From positions 33,649 to 97,648 of the IMG/VR virus record IMGVR_UViG_3300045988_017048: a stretch of 64,000 nucleotides of DNA. One strand, written 5' to 3'. A model generated the notes under the pieces. It saw only the letters and a program-made list of their open reading frames with translations. It made no database searches and was not told the origin of the DNA. Below, piece by piece: positions 1 through 9,453 of this stretch. The position numbers and the translations under genes are program-made. Every line of letters begins with the position of its first letter. Position 1 is the first letter of the stretch. Source of the stretch: a virus.

Positions 1-125
1 AGGGGACTGTTAATTATGCACGGAACCTCTGTGACTCCTAAGTAATATGACAGAATGTCTGCTTCTGTCACTTTACTTAGAATATCATCAAGGCTCACAG
101 AAGATTTACCTTTGCTGAATGCCAT
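1..125 (-). CDS. partial CDS (first 41 codons; continues past the left window edge), function unknown
   Basis: ATG at 125-123, then an open frame to position 1 (MAFSKGKSSVSLDDILSKVTEADILSYYLGVTEVPCIINSP...). Co-directional with the downstream gene string. Missing from the ORF track because no stop lies in the window. Confidence 0.45.
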   Translation of the reverse strand, partial: MAFSKGKSSVSLDDILSKVTEADILSYYLGVTEVPCIINSP

Positions 126-140
126 TTGTTTTTTTTCTAA

Positions 141-1094
141 TTATTTCTTACCAAAATCCCAAGGTGTACTACCAGCATCATTGCCAGGAGGGAAAGGCAT
201 ATCACCTGCTGCACCAGAGTTACTGAGGTCTGTAGACTCTACATCATACTCCTTCAAATCATCTACAATAAACTCAGTAGTAGGATATACACCAGCAGCC
301 TTCTTTTCCTGCAAGTTTTCATCCAACTTACTGTAATCAGTGGTATTGTTCCTTAAGAACATCTGATTATAAACAGCCTGATACTGCTTGTTATCATCAG
401 TGGTTCTTACACCAAACAATACCTTAACCTTGTTATTAGGCTGCAATGCAATAACATCTCTCAGCTCCTTGAAATTACCCTTGAAGTACTCAGCAATACT
501 CTCAAGTCTTGCTTCACAATCCTCAGGGTTGTCTACCATAACCCAAGTATTATTGACATACTTCATTACATTAGGAATGCCAAGATATGCCTTGATGAAT
601 TTGGTAAGTTCCTCCTCACCCTGATAAGCAGGTCTATAATCCTTGTCAATGTTGGCAGGACCATTCTTATATATAGGAATCTCATGTGCTCTAGCCTGCT
701 CTATAGTAACCCAAGCAGTTCTACCATACTTGTCAATTACCTGTACCTTAGTTTGGCCTTTATTATATCTGTATTCATTCCTGATGAAGAAAGCTACCTT
801 AGTAGTAAACTCAATACCACCACAGTTCTCAGCATCAGTCTTAACAATGAAGTCAAGTCTGACAGTCTGTACCTTGTGCTTGTCCTCACCTACCTCAACC
901 TCACTCAAATATTCAGGGTCATTTTCAAGCTGGGTATTATAAAGTTTCTCTAACTCTGCCTTGTTAGGATTTATAGCCAAAACAAATACAGGAGCTACAC
1001 CTATATATCTCTTTACTGCATTGCCTTCCTTGCTCTCTGTTCCTTTACTAAATGCCATGAAAGCATATCCAACTTTTTTATTATTCTCACTCAT
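141..1094 (-). CDS. hypothetical protein; weak positional guess of ssDNA-binding protein
   Basis: 317-aa ORF in a tightly packed minus-strand string beside an ATPase and helicases. No diagnostic motif recognised. Confidence 0.6.
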   Translation of the reverse strand: MSENNKKVGYAFMAFSKGTESKEGNAVKRYIGVAPVFVLAINPNKAELEKLYNTQLENDPEYLSEVEVGEDKHKVQTVRLDFIVKTDAENCGGIEFTTKVAFFIRNEYRYNKGQTKVQVIDKYGRTAWVTIEQARAHEIPIYKNGPANIDKDYRPAYQGEEELTKFIKAYLGIPNVMKYVNNTWVMVDNPEDCEARLESIAEYFKGNFKELRDVIALQPNNKVKVLFGVRTTDDNKQYQAVYNQMFLRNNTTDYSKLDENLQEKKAAGVYPTTEFIVDDLKEYDVESTDLSNSGAAGDMPFPPGNDAGSTPWDFGKK

Positions 1095-1123
1095 ATTCTT
1101 ATTTTTTTTTAGTTTCTAATTAA

Positions 1124-1606
1124 TTACTCTCCAAGAGACAGTCTGCTATCAGCCTCTGCATCATTAAAGGAGTTAGTAGGGTCAAAAGGAGCCTTTTCAC
1201 CAGCCTTTACTTCTGTCTCAGGTGCCTTCTCAGTGTCATCTACCATCTCAAAGTCAATATTTTCAACCTCAGGCTCTTCTACATGGATTTCATATACATT
1301 AGCCTCCTCATTGAATACTACTGTACCAGCCTTAGGCTCATACTTAGTAACCTTTACAGGCTTACCATCCTTATCAACCTTACCAGTATCTTCTACCTTC
1401 TTGACAACCAAGTCTTCACTTGTGAAGCCACCTGTCAAAGCCTTGACACCCATCTCATGTCCCTCAATCTCCTCAGTCAGAGCATTATACTCTGCATTGA
1501 GTTCATCAATCTTGGCAGCAATCTTGTTCTTCTTTACTACCAAGGGATTAACATTCTGTGCAATTCTTTTTACACCTGCAAACTGTCTTACTGTTAATGT
1601 CTTCAT
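1124..1606 (-). CDS. hypothetical acidic protein
   Basis: 160-aa ORF with a Glu/Asp-rich C-terminal half, packed in the minus-strand operon. Confidence 0.7.
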   Translation of the reverse strand: MKTLTVRQFAGVKRIAQNVNPLVVKKNKIAAKIDELNAEYNALTEEIEGHEMGVKALTGGFTSEDLVVKKVEDTGKVDKDGKPVKVTKYEPKAGTVVFNEEANVYEIHVEEPEVENIDFEMVDDTEKAPETEVKAGEKAPFDPTNSFNDAEADSRLSLGE

Positions 1607-1617
1607 AATTGTTTCTT

Positions 1618-1881
1618 TTAATATATTAAAATAACTTTGTTATTATTACTTAATCTAAATACATTGTACTTGGTAATATAATAATCAATTGCAGTTAAAT
1701 AGAAATTAAGAGTTATTTGTATTGGTAATTGGGATAGTGTTTTAATAAACAAATCAATCTTACTTTTCTCTTTACCTTTTTCCAATAAGAACTCTTCTAA
1801 CATCTGTAACTGACTATTCATATTAAATGGTGTAATACCATATATTTGATTACCAAGTTCTATTGTCTTCTCTCTATCCAT
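1618..1881 (-). CDS. hypothetical protein
   Basis: 87-aa ORF. Its start overlaps the upstream gene's stop by 8 nt (1874-1881). Confidence 0.55.
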   Translation of the reverse strand: MDREKTIELGNQIYGITPFNMNSQLQMLEEFLLEKGKEKSKIDLFIKTLSQLPIQITLNFYLTAIDYYITKYNVFRLSNNNKVILIY

Positions 1882-2644
1882 AAATCTCTCTCAATTTATC
1901 TACTACTATAGATAAATCATTAGGAATCTCATCAGGAAGGTCATCCAATGCACCAAGGCTGTCTTTAGCAGGATATTCTCCATCAAACTCCTTTACAAAG
2001 TGCTTGATAGGTCTCTTGTTTTCTGCATCATATCCTACCTTGCCAAAGAGGATAATATCAAATTTCCCTTCTGGTGTGATGTAATCATCCACCATCTTTC
2101 CAGTAGTCTTAAACTTATAGGAAATAGAGTCTCCATTCTTATCCTTATACTCCTCATAGTGGGCACAGCAGATAATGTTCTTATTCTCAGGAAGACCCTT
2201 AAAGGCATCAAAGATAAGACCCATTCCATAGCCAATCTGCTTAGGAGTATCCCATCCACCCTTCATGGCATTAGCCATATAGAAATCCTGTGCAAGATAA
2301 TTGAAATCATCAATCACAATATTCTTGAAAGGAGACTTCTTCAGCATATCTATGAGTTCTGCTATCACTGCAAACCTATCAAGACCTGTAAGACTATCTA
2401 CCTGTACCCTGTTACCTGTACCAAGGGCATTTGTATTTGTAAGTTTCTGTGTAGGCTTACCTACATTCTCTATCCCAATGCTACCCTCAATTAGTTTGAA
2501 GTTAGGGTTAGGAACACCCCTACCAATACACTGGATAACATAAGTTTCCTTTGGGTCAAGCCCCTTAATACCTAACTTCTCCCTACCACAGTAGGAAGTA
2601 GTCTTTCCAAAACCACTTTTTGCAAGAACTAAAATCTTTGCCAT
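1874..2644 (-). CDS. P-loop NTPase (AAA_24/Sak4-like phage ATPase)
   Basis: Walker A in LVLAKSGFGKTTS and Walker B in NIVIDDFNYL. Size and position are typical of phage recombination/replication ATPases. Confidence 0.65.
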   Translation of the reverse strand: MAKILVLAKSGFGKTTSYCGREKLGIKGLDPKETYVIQCIGRGVPNPNFKLIEGSIGIENVGKPTQKLTNTNALGTGNRVQVDSLTGLDRFAVIAELIDMLKKSPFKNIVIDDFNYLAQDFYMANAMKGGWDTPKQIGYGMGLIFDAFKGLPENKNIICCAHYEEYKDKNGDSISYKFKTTGKMVDDYITPEGKFDIILFGKVGYDAENKRPIKHFVKEFDGEYPAKDSLGALDDLPDEIPNDLSIVVDKLREIYG

Positions 2645-2667
2645 TGTTTTTGTTTTATATGTTACTT

Positions 2668-3873
2668 TTACTTGAAAAGGGCTGCAAATTTACTAAATAG
2701 TTTAGTTATCCACAACCCTTTATCTATTTTACTTATTCCATAGCTAAAAAATGACTTAGCTATCTTTGCTCTCATGTCTTGGAGAGATTTATATACGTTC
2801 TGTATCTTAGGGTCATCAGCTTTTGGTAGTTCACTGAAATAGTTGGCAGCTCCATCAAAGTATAAAGCTATTATACCTCCTGGACTTCCACCTCTATTGA
2901 TAAGCACCTCCAAGAATCTACAATTATCCCTTAACTTTGAGATGTCATAACCAAAGTATTCTTTGAGTTCATACTTGAAAGGGCTAAATATACCCAAAGC
3001 TACATTACAATCTCTCATAGTATACTTTGAATCAGCAGCTCCTGCAACTGTAGGTCTTACTCTATTAAGTTTTATGTTCTCAATACCTTCATTCTCAAAG
3101 GCTTGCTGTTGTACAATTACAGGACTAAAGTTATATCTGTTTCTAAGTATAACACAATACTCACTTAATTTGTCAATACTTTGTTTCAAGGACATTCCTC
3201 TCTCAGTATTAGTCAATGATATATGGTCATAGAATATAATTCTATACTCATCTGGGTCATTAGATTCATACCAATCAAAGGCATCCACAGTGGTAACTTC
3301 TCCTAATTCTCCTTTTATAGTTTGCTTCTTAGTGTGTACAATACCATTACTTTCTGCATACTTCCTACATTCATTGTATACTCCTGTAGGGTTTGTAGAT
3401 GCACTAAATATAATATTACTTTCAAAGAATTTAAGAATATCCAAATACTCATCCTTTTTAAGTAAGTCTATTATAGTTTCATCTAACACTTTATTATTCC
3501 TGACAGACCTTAGGTCAGTTGGGCTAATTCTTATCTTGTAGCCACTCAATGTGTAGAGCAGATAAGACATGAATCTTGTCATAATATCCTCAGGAGTTTC
3601 CTCCAAAGGATAATAAAATATCTTAACCCTCAGCTTGTCAGGATTATTATAGGCATAAAGTAGAGTATTATATATGAATAAATAAGATGCTATTTGAGTC
3701 TTAGCTGACTTTGTTGAGCCAGTTACAACATAATACTTACCCTGTTCTACTCCCAAGAAATCCTCACTAAATCTAATAAAGGGGGATGGAATAGAGTTTA
3801 TACCGCCATTGATGACCTTTTTTCTCCTTTCTTCAAGACCACTTAATACTCTGTTTATAAGACTCTTATCCAT
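2668..3873 (-). CDS. RecA-fold replicative helicase, DnaB/gp4-like
   Basis: Walker A-like VVTGSTKSAKTQ, Walker B-like RIIFYDHISL and a VIVQQQ segment resembling DnaB motif H3. 401 aa. Confidence 0.5.
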   Translation of the reverse strand: MDKSLINRVLSGLEERRKKVINGGINSIPSPFIRFSEDFLGVEQGKYYVVTGSTKSAKTQIASYLFIYNTLLYAYNNPDKLRVKIFYYPLEETPEDIMTRFMSYLLYTLSGYKIRISPTDLRSVRNNKVLDETIIDLLKKDEYLDILKFFESNIIFSASTNPTGVYNECRKYAESNGIVHTKKQTIKGELGEVTTVDAFDWYESNDPDEYRIIFYDHISLTNTERGMSLKQSIDKLSEYCVILRNRYNFSPVIVQQQAFENEGIENIKLNRVRPTVAGAADSKYTMRDCNVALGIFSPFKYELKEYFGYDISKLRDNCRFLEVLINRGGSPGGIIALYFDGAANYFSELPKADDPKIQNVYKSLQDMRAKIAKSFFSYGISKIDKGLWITKLFSKFAALFK

Positions 3874-3874
3874 A

Positions 3875-4474
3875 CTACCTTAACTCTGTATTCCAATCCC
3901 TACTTAGAGTATCTTCTTGCCCGAAGTTCTCAATATAACTAATCAATTCTGAGTCTCCTTCAACCTCACCAGCAGCACCAACTTTCTCTTTGAATATGAA
4001 ATACTTCAATAACCTCATATATGTATAGTTCCCATTGAAACCCTCCACATACTTACTGGTTGCCTGTATGATTTGCTCATCAGTATAAGTACTTCCATAC
4101 TTCTTAAAGAATAACTTTAATCTTCGCACAATCAAAGCTACCCCATCTGCCCAATAATAGTTAGTGCCATCTTTCTTACCTTTAGGAAATATCTCCTTTA
4201 GCCTTGTAGCCAACTGAATTAACCTGTCATTAGGTTCTTGTTTCTTATCAGAGTCTACAATTACAGAATCTATTACCTCAGTGCCCTTATTAGTAAGTCT
4301 CCATCCAATCTGCTGGAACAGGTCATCCCTGTTAGCAGTTATATAGCCTTTCCTGATTAGCTCCTTTTGAGCCACATCAAGGTCAGCATTATTATGGATG
4401 GCAAGCATTAAAAGAGCCTCAGCAAGACTAATGTTGTTCTTCTGACACCCTTCTTTACTTAAACATATTGTCAT
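3875..4474 (-). CDS. hypothetical protein
   Basis: 199-aa ORF. Overlaps the upstream helicase gene by 4 nt (4471-4474). Confidence 0.7.
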   Translation of the reverse strand: MTICLSKEGCQKNNISLAEALLMLAIHNNADLDVAQKELIRKGYITANRDDLFQQIGWRLTNKGTEVIDSVIVDSDKKQEPNDRLIQLATRLKEIFPKGKKDGTNYYWADGVALIVRRLKLFFKKYGSTYTDEQIIQATSKYVEGFNGNYTYMRLLKYFIFKEKVGAAGEVEGDSELISYIENFGQEDTLSRDWNTELR

Positions 4475-5607
4475 AGCTTAATGTCATTAATACTATCAAC
4501 ACTAATGATAGAATCCTCAGAGTACTCCTCTATCATCTTCTGCACAAGTTCTTCTTCCCTTGTATCCTTGAAATAAGGTATGATAATAATAGGGGATTTA
4601 TGTCTAAGTATTCTACCAACTCTTTGCTTTACTACAATCTCCGAACTATTCAAGTTGCAGAATATACCTATCCTACAATTAGTCAAGTTCACACCTTCAT
4701 TGAGTATGTTACAGGCAGTAATATGTTTAATCTTGTTGAGATTAAACATCTCAAGGTTCTTTACTGAAGCCTTATTCTTCGAGGTGATATTATATTTACC
4801 TAACCTCTCTGACTGTTCAATACTACTACAGAAAGTCAAAGTCTTGTAATTTCTGAACTTGTCAAGAAGAGATGATACAAGGGCTTCCTTCTGTTCAGCA
4901 CACCACTTCAGCCTTTTACCTGCTGTTGAAAGCCATAAGTTCTTCATCCTCTCATTTCTTGAGTTAAAGTACTTATTCTTGTACCACTCTATGAGTGAAG
5001 AGACACTATCATAATAACCTTTCTGAGTAGTAGTAACCTCCTTGCCAAATCTTTTGGTTCTGTATTTACATATAGAATTATCCAAGGTTAAAGGCAACAG
5101 ATACACTGTAGGCTCAGGTAATACTTCATCTTTTACAGCCTCCTTGAGACCACATTTAATGACCTCAGCCTTATGATTGTAGATGAAATAATCCCTCATG
5201 TCTCTCTTAATAGTGGCAGACAATCCAATGAAAGATTCACTAATATGGATAGTCTCCAATACATCAATTCTTGCTTCTGACAAATGCTGCATCTCATCTG
5301 CTACTACTACATCAAAGCATGAGTTCTCATAGTTCTTTAATGACTCATAACACTCAATGGTAATATAGTCAGACTTAATACCTCCCCATTTCTCAATCTC
5401 ATCCTTCCAAGTCTGCTTATGTACAGTCTTGGCTACAAGGATAAGTATAGTAGGGCACTCATTATCCCTAAATATCCTATCACATATATGATTAATGAGG
5501 TCTATTGCCAATTTGGATTTACCAAAGCCTGTGATTAGCTCCAATATCATATACTTAGTCATATCTACCTTAGATAAGGCTAAATCATGTATCTCTTCTC
5601 TTGTCAT
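4471..5607 (-). CDS. superfamily-2 (DExH) helicase
   Basis: Motif I TGFGKS, motif II VADEMQH, motif III LSAT and motif VI VGRILRH. Confidence 0.75.
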   Translation of the reverse strand: MTREEIHDLALSKVDMTKYMILELITGFGKSKLAIDLINHICDRIFRDNECPTILILVAKTVHKQTWKDEIEKWGGIKSDYITIECYESLKNYENSCFDVVVADEMQHLSEARIDVLETIHISESFIGLSATIKRDMRDYFIYNHKAEVIKCGLKEAVKDEVLPEPTVYLLPLTLDNSICKYRTKRFGKEVTTTQKGYYDSVSSLIEWYKNKYFNSRNERMKNLWLSTAGKRLKWCAEQKEALVSSLLDKFRNYKTLTFCSSIEQSERLGKYNITSKNKASVKNLEMFNLNKIKHITACNILNEGVNLTNCRIGIFCNLNSSEIVVKQRVGRILRHKSPIIIIPYFKDTREEELVQKMIEEYSEDSIISVDSINDIKL

Positions 5608-6110
5608 TCTCTGTTATTTACAATACTTTTTAATGTACTTATATATTCTTTATCATTTGCATAGTTTATCTTTTCAAGAAAAGCATAGTAGTTATTCGGA
5701 GGTTGATATTTCTTTTGTATCCACTCCTTATAAGCTACAACACTTTCAGCCCAATGCTTGAACTTACAATACCTCTTTTCTTTACTATTATAAAGACCAA
5801 AGAGGTTATTATACTTCAAGCATATCTTAGACTTGAAATGTCCTGTTTCAAGAACAGCTTGGGCATAGACAATATCCTTATGCTCTAAACCATAATAAGA
5901 CAAAGCCTCCTCCAGACCCTCCTTAGGGGTCTGAGAGAAGAACTTTGGCTGCTCATTAATAATGGTATCAGCTACCTCTATGACAGGGACAGTTTCAACC
6001 TTTGGCTGTTGAGAAACTATACTCTTGACCTGCAAGAGTAATACAATTACTACACTCCACGGCACCACTGTAGCTGCTACAATGAGTGCTTTCAACCATT
6101 TATTTCTCAT
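5604..6110 (-). CDS. membrane-anchored peptidoglycan hydrolase (glucosaminidase/FlgJ-like domain)
   Basis: N-terminal hydrophobic anchor WLKALIVAATVVPWSVVIVLLLQV. AQAVLETGHFKS...YNNLFGL matches the glucosaminidase-family signature (A.lEsGwG...NNlFGi). Confidence 0.6.
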   Translation of the reverse strand: MRNKWLKALIVAATVVPWSVVIVLLLQVKSIVSQQPKVETVPVIEVADTIINEQPKFFSQTPKEGLEEALSYYGLEHKDIVYAQAVLETGHFKSKICLKYNNLFGLYNSKEKRYCKFKHWAESVVAYKEWIQKKYQPPNNYYAFLEKINYANDKEYISTLKSIVNNRE

Positions 6111-6427
6111 ATCTTTCTTGAAAAGAATTTATCCTTGAATCTCCAATATGTGTACCAAGTACCATAATAGTAACTATCAGGGTCTGAGTAGTGCTTTAAC
6201 CATATAACCCAAAATACAATGACCTCTGCTATATTAACAAATGGTATAATACTAGTAATCAGCATGATAAGTGCTATCCACAATGGAATACCTATCTTTT
6301 TAGCTTTTTCCCAGTCAAAGTCCCACTTATTATTACCTTCTGACATGATTGTAATTGTATAAGTGTGCTTTAGTACATATATCTGGATTATGAAGGACAC
6401 TAAACCAATTATAGTTAGATTTGCCAT
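6107..6427 (-). CDS. small integral membrane protein
   Basis: 106 aa with two or three hydrophobic helices. Overlaps its neighbours by 4 nt and 1 nt. Confidence 0.65.
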   Translation of the reverse strand: MANLTIIGLVSFIIQIYVLKHTYTITIMSEGNNKWDFDWEKAKKIGIPLWIALIMLITSIIPFVNIAEVIVFWVIWLKHYSDPDSYYYGTWYTYWRFKDKFFSRKI

Positions 6428-6951
6428 TAGATGTTGAGTTTATTGTTAATATCAGAAGACTTAGGAAAGAGTTTCTTTCTTTCAATATCAGCTACTTCAA
6501 TAGCTTCATTAAGAGTTTTATATCTTCCAAATGAGATACCATTTATTCTTACCCTATACTTCCCATCTTCTAATGTAACATTTCTATGTTTAGTATTAGA
6601 ATTTAATAGAGTAGAGATATTCTGAGCATTTTCTGTAGGAGTTACCTCCCTGAGATTGCTCTTTCTATTGTTCAAGGTATTATGGTCTATATGGTCAATA
6701 ACATTGTTAGGATTACTTTTGCTCATAATAACATTGTGAATCCAGTACTGCTTTCTCACCTTATCAATCTGAACTTTCGTCTTAACCCCATCAATGTGTC
6801 CTGTCCTATTTCTATTAATATGCCATGTACTCTTGAATTGTGACACCCTCATTAAGTCCTCTCTGTCTATATAACAAATTAAGTCCCTTTCTTTATAGTT
6901 TATGACTATACCTAAGGTGTCATCATCAATCTCTACTACTCTATTTTTCAT
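6427..6951 (-). CDS. HNH homing-type endonuclease with AP2-like DNA-binding domain
   Basis: VIDHIDHNTLNNRKSNLREVTPTENAQN (HNH_3-type) followed by YRVRINGISFGRYKTLNEAIEVA (AP2-like). One-nt overlaps with both flanking genes. Confidence 0.8.
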   Translation of the reverse strand: MKNRVVEIDDDTLGIVINYKERDLICYIDREDLMRVSQFKSTWHINRNRTGHIDGVKTKVQIDKVRKQYWIHNVIMSKSNPNNVIDHIDHNTLNNRKSNLREVTPTENAQNISTLLNSNTKHRNVTLEDGKYRVRINGISFGRYKTLNEAIEVADIERKKLFPKSSDINNKLNI

Positions 6952-7757
6952 TATTTACCTCCCATTTTACTTACATCTAAAAACACTCCACTATTACCCC
7001 CTGAAACTACAGTTGGAATTTCTCCATTCCACTTCTCAATCCACTGCTGCTTGAGAATCAATGGAGTCAAAGCCTGTGTTCTAAGCTTATTAGCCTCTGC
7101 TTCAGCCTGTGCTGCAACTACCTTCTTCTCTGCCTCTGCCTTAACTACAGCAAGCTCATTCTGAGCCTTCTGAGCCTTTTGTATAGCAGCATTTTTGGCA
7201 TTAACTGCATCTACAATAGACTGAGGATATTTCAATCCTGAAGTTAGCTGTTCCAACTGAAAATTTTCCTTGAGCAATGCCTTGGACAAATGTGCTTCAA
7301 TAGCTTTCTCTACCATATCTCTGTTTGATACAATCTCATCAGTAGTATACTTATTGAGCTGAATCCTAAAGGCATCCTTTACATAGTTAAAGAGAGTTCC
7401 ATTGATAACATCAGCAAGCTCCTTCCTATACTTCTTGAATACCTGAGGTGACTTGCCATCAGCAATCTTCAATGAAATAGTAGGGTCAATACTGAACTCT
7501 GAACCATCCTTTGCATTAATTGTGAAAGCAGGATAATCTACTGTCTGGACATAAGTAGGATACTCATAAACCTGCTCAGTGAATGGATTATACCACACTG
7601 CACCAGTAACCAAAGATACATCATCTACACCCTTTTCAGAGCCATAGAGGTTTACCTTAATACCCTCACAACCTGCATCCACTCTCTCATAACCACATGA
7701 GGACATACCCAACATGGTAAACAATGCCATAAGGCACATAATTACTTTACTTTTCAT
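6951..7757 (-). CDS. SPFH/Band-7 domain lipoprotein
   Basis: Lipobox signal MKSKVIMCLMALFTMLGMSSC. The body follows the SPFH pattern and ends in an Ala/Glu-rich coiled coil (AVVKAEAEKKVVAAQAEAEANK). Confidence 0.55.
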   Translation of the reverse strand: MKSKVIMCLMALFTMLGMSSCGYERVDAGCEGIKVNLYGSEKGVDDVSLVTGAVWYNPFTEQVYEYPTYVQTVDYPAFTINAKDGSEFSIDPTISLKIADGKSPQVFKKYRKELADVINGTLFNYVKDAFRIQLNKYTTDEIVSNRDMVEKAIEAHLSKALLKENFQLEQLTSGLKYPQSIVDAVNAKNAAIQKAQKAQNELAVVKAEAEKKVVAAQAEAEANKLRTQALTPLILKQQWIEKWNGEIPTVVSGGNSGVFLDVSKMGGK

Positions 7758-7938
7758 TTTCTTTTGTTTTAATGAATTTAATTATTACTTCTACACCCAT
7801 CCATATAGCTACTATTAACAATACAATTCCTGCAATGTTAGCAGCTGTGTTACTCATGGTGAGTAATTGAGTAACAGCATTTAGTGCTATGAATAAACAT
7901 AGTACTAAACATACTACCTTGATAATGAATTTTCTCAT
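7747..7938 (-). CDS. small two-helix membrane protein
   Basis: 63 aa, almost entirely hydrophobic. Overlaps the SPFH gene start by 11 nt. Confidence 0.6.
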   Translation of the reverse strand: MRKFIIKVVCLVLCLFIALNAVTQLLTMSNTAANIAGIVLLIVAIWMGVEVIIKFIKTKENEK

Positions 7939-7942
7939 ATTA

Positions 7943-8149
7943 TTAATCCCAATACCAAATACTTCTTGATACCATCTTTCTCATAGATATATGACCATCC
8001 AAGAGCTTCCAAAGCTTTTTATGTCTAAAAAACTTAAACTTTGCTTTTTCACCATTTTTGCCTCCCACTATCTTATATATAGCTCTTTTCCTTATAGGAT
8101 ATTTGCTAAGATACTTATGGGGTATTTTGTACTTCTTTCCTTTACTCAT
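7943..8149 (-). CDS. small basic hypothetical protein
   Basis: 68 aa, Lys/Arg-rich. Confidence 0.5.
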   Translation of the reverse strand: MSKGKKYKIPHKYLSKYPIRKRAIYKIVGGKNGEKAKFKFFRHKKLWKLLDGHISMRKMVSRSIWYWD

Positions 8150-8340
8150 ATTACAAATAGTTGTATGTAATTTCTTACTACCATAGGCTCATTGATAAAA
8201 TGATTCCATTGGTGTTTATTATACCATAATAGAATCTTATATCTATTGCCTACTACTATTATATCTATTGATGGCTCATAATGATTAAATAGGACCATCG
8301 CGTATATTATGAGTAAAACTATAATCCATATCCTTGTCAT
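8146..8340 (-). CDS. small hypothetical membrane protein
   Basis: 64 aa with an N-terminal hydrophobic helix. 4-nt overlap with the downstream gene. Confidence 0.5.
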   Translation of the reverse strand: MTRIWIIVLLIIYAMVLFNHYEPSIDIIVVGNRYKILLWYNKHQWNHFINEPMVVRNYIQLFVI

Positions 8341-8354
8341 AAATTACTTTTTTT

Positions 8355-8915
8355 TTATTCATCCTCTTTTGGTTCAGGACAACATACTACATACCTAAAT
8401 CTTGAACAAATTCCTTTCCATTTTTTATAGTCCATACATGAGTTCTTTTTCAGCGATTTTTCATCAATGAAGTTACTTACACAAAGCATATCATACTTCT
8501 CAGTAGGATGATGAATTATCCCAAAGTACCTATCCAGTTCCTGTATAACTGCTTCAATAGTTTCACCTGATGATATAAAGTCATCCACAACTATAAACCT
8601 TGTAGCACCAACCTCATCAATTCCTCTCAATGAAGAACAATGAGCACCATCTTCCTTCTTCCTGACAATCAAGATATAGGTTCTAATAGTTGGATTAATG
8701 TTATGTAGCTCATTAAGCATAGCACCTGCAATCATGGCTCCTGATGTGCCTCTTGCTACAAAAGTAATGCTTGTACCTTTCTCAATGTCTTCTTTATATG
8801 TATTGAAGATTGCTTCTGCACATTGTTGTATATAACTATGCCTCCAATAAACACCAAATGGATATTCTACGCTAATAAAATGGTCAAGATGTATAAATTT
8901 AGGAATATATCCCAT
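8355..8915 (-). CDS. type I phosphoribosyltransferase-fold protein
   Basis: PRPP-binding signature RFIVVDDFISSGETI, plus ARGTSGAMIAGAM upstream. Confidence 0.7.
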   Translation of the reverse strand: MGYIPKFIHLDHFISVEYPFGVYWRHSYIQQCAEAIFNTYKEDIEKGTSITFVARGTSGAMIAGAMLNELHNINPTIRTYILIVRKKEDGAHCSSLRGIDEVGATRFIVVDDFISSGETIEAVIQELDRYFGIIHHPTEKYDMLCVSNFIDEKSLKKNSCMDYKKWKGICSRFRYVVCCPEPKEDE

Positions 8916-8952
8916 AGTCTCTTAGTTTTATCCTACTTATTCAGTAGGTTGT

Positions 8953-8991
8953 AAAAAAAAGAAGGACAAGGATATTATAGTACCCTTGTCC
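8953..8991 (-). terminator. rho-independent terminator after the 9014-9448 gene
   Basis: Stem GGACAAGG/CCTTGTCC. On the minus strand it is followed by an 8-U run (plus-strand A8 at 8953-8960). Confidence 0.65.
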
Positions 8992-9013
8992 TTTGCTATA
9001 AGAATATTCCCAG

Positions 9014-9448
9014 TTAGTCCTCAAACACTTGATAAGTGTACGAAGTACCCCCAAGATGTTCTACTGTTCTCTGCAAATGAGCTTCAAGTCTTTCCTTTTC
9101 ACTCATTGCAGCCCACTTGCCAGGCTTAGACCATGAAGGACAAGAATCCTTGTCAATCATGTACTCATAAGCCTCTTTGCTCATGTTCAGGGACTGTGTA
9201 GCTGGCTTGCACTTCCTTGTATAGAAAGTGATAATCTCTGGGTTGGTACCATCCTTGTTAATCACTCTCATAGAGCACTTCTCCATCTTATCCCAATCCT
9301 CTACCTTTACCTTAATGGTTTTCTTGTAAATTTTACCAGATTTGGTCTTCTTCTCAATCACTTTGTGAGTTGTTTTAAGGCACTCCTCCTTGCTGAACAT
9401 TGTGCTTCCTTGAAGCTCAATACTCAGACTTAACTTGATTTCACTCAT
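9014..9448 (-). CDS. hypothetical protein
   Basis: 144-aa ORF followed by a terminator. Confidence 0.7.
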   Translation of the reverse strand: MSEIKLSLSIELQGSTMFSKEECLKTTHKVIEKKTKSGKIYKKTIKVKVEDWDKMEKCSMRVINKDGTNPEIITFYTRKCKPATQSLNMSKEAYEYMIDKDSCPSWSKPGKWAAMSEKERLEAHLQRTVEHLGGTSYTYQVFED

Positions 9449-9453
9449 GTTTA

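Noticed and set aside
55-5761. Many plus-strand ORFs inside the minus-strand module (e.g. 55-336, 388-624, 643-942, 1233-1634, 2000-2494, 2963-3232, 4580-4849).
   Set aside because: They are fully nested antisense to longer ORFs that carry motifs, and have the Ser/Leu-rich composition typical of shadow frames.
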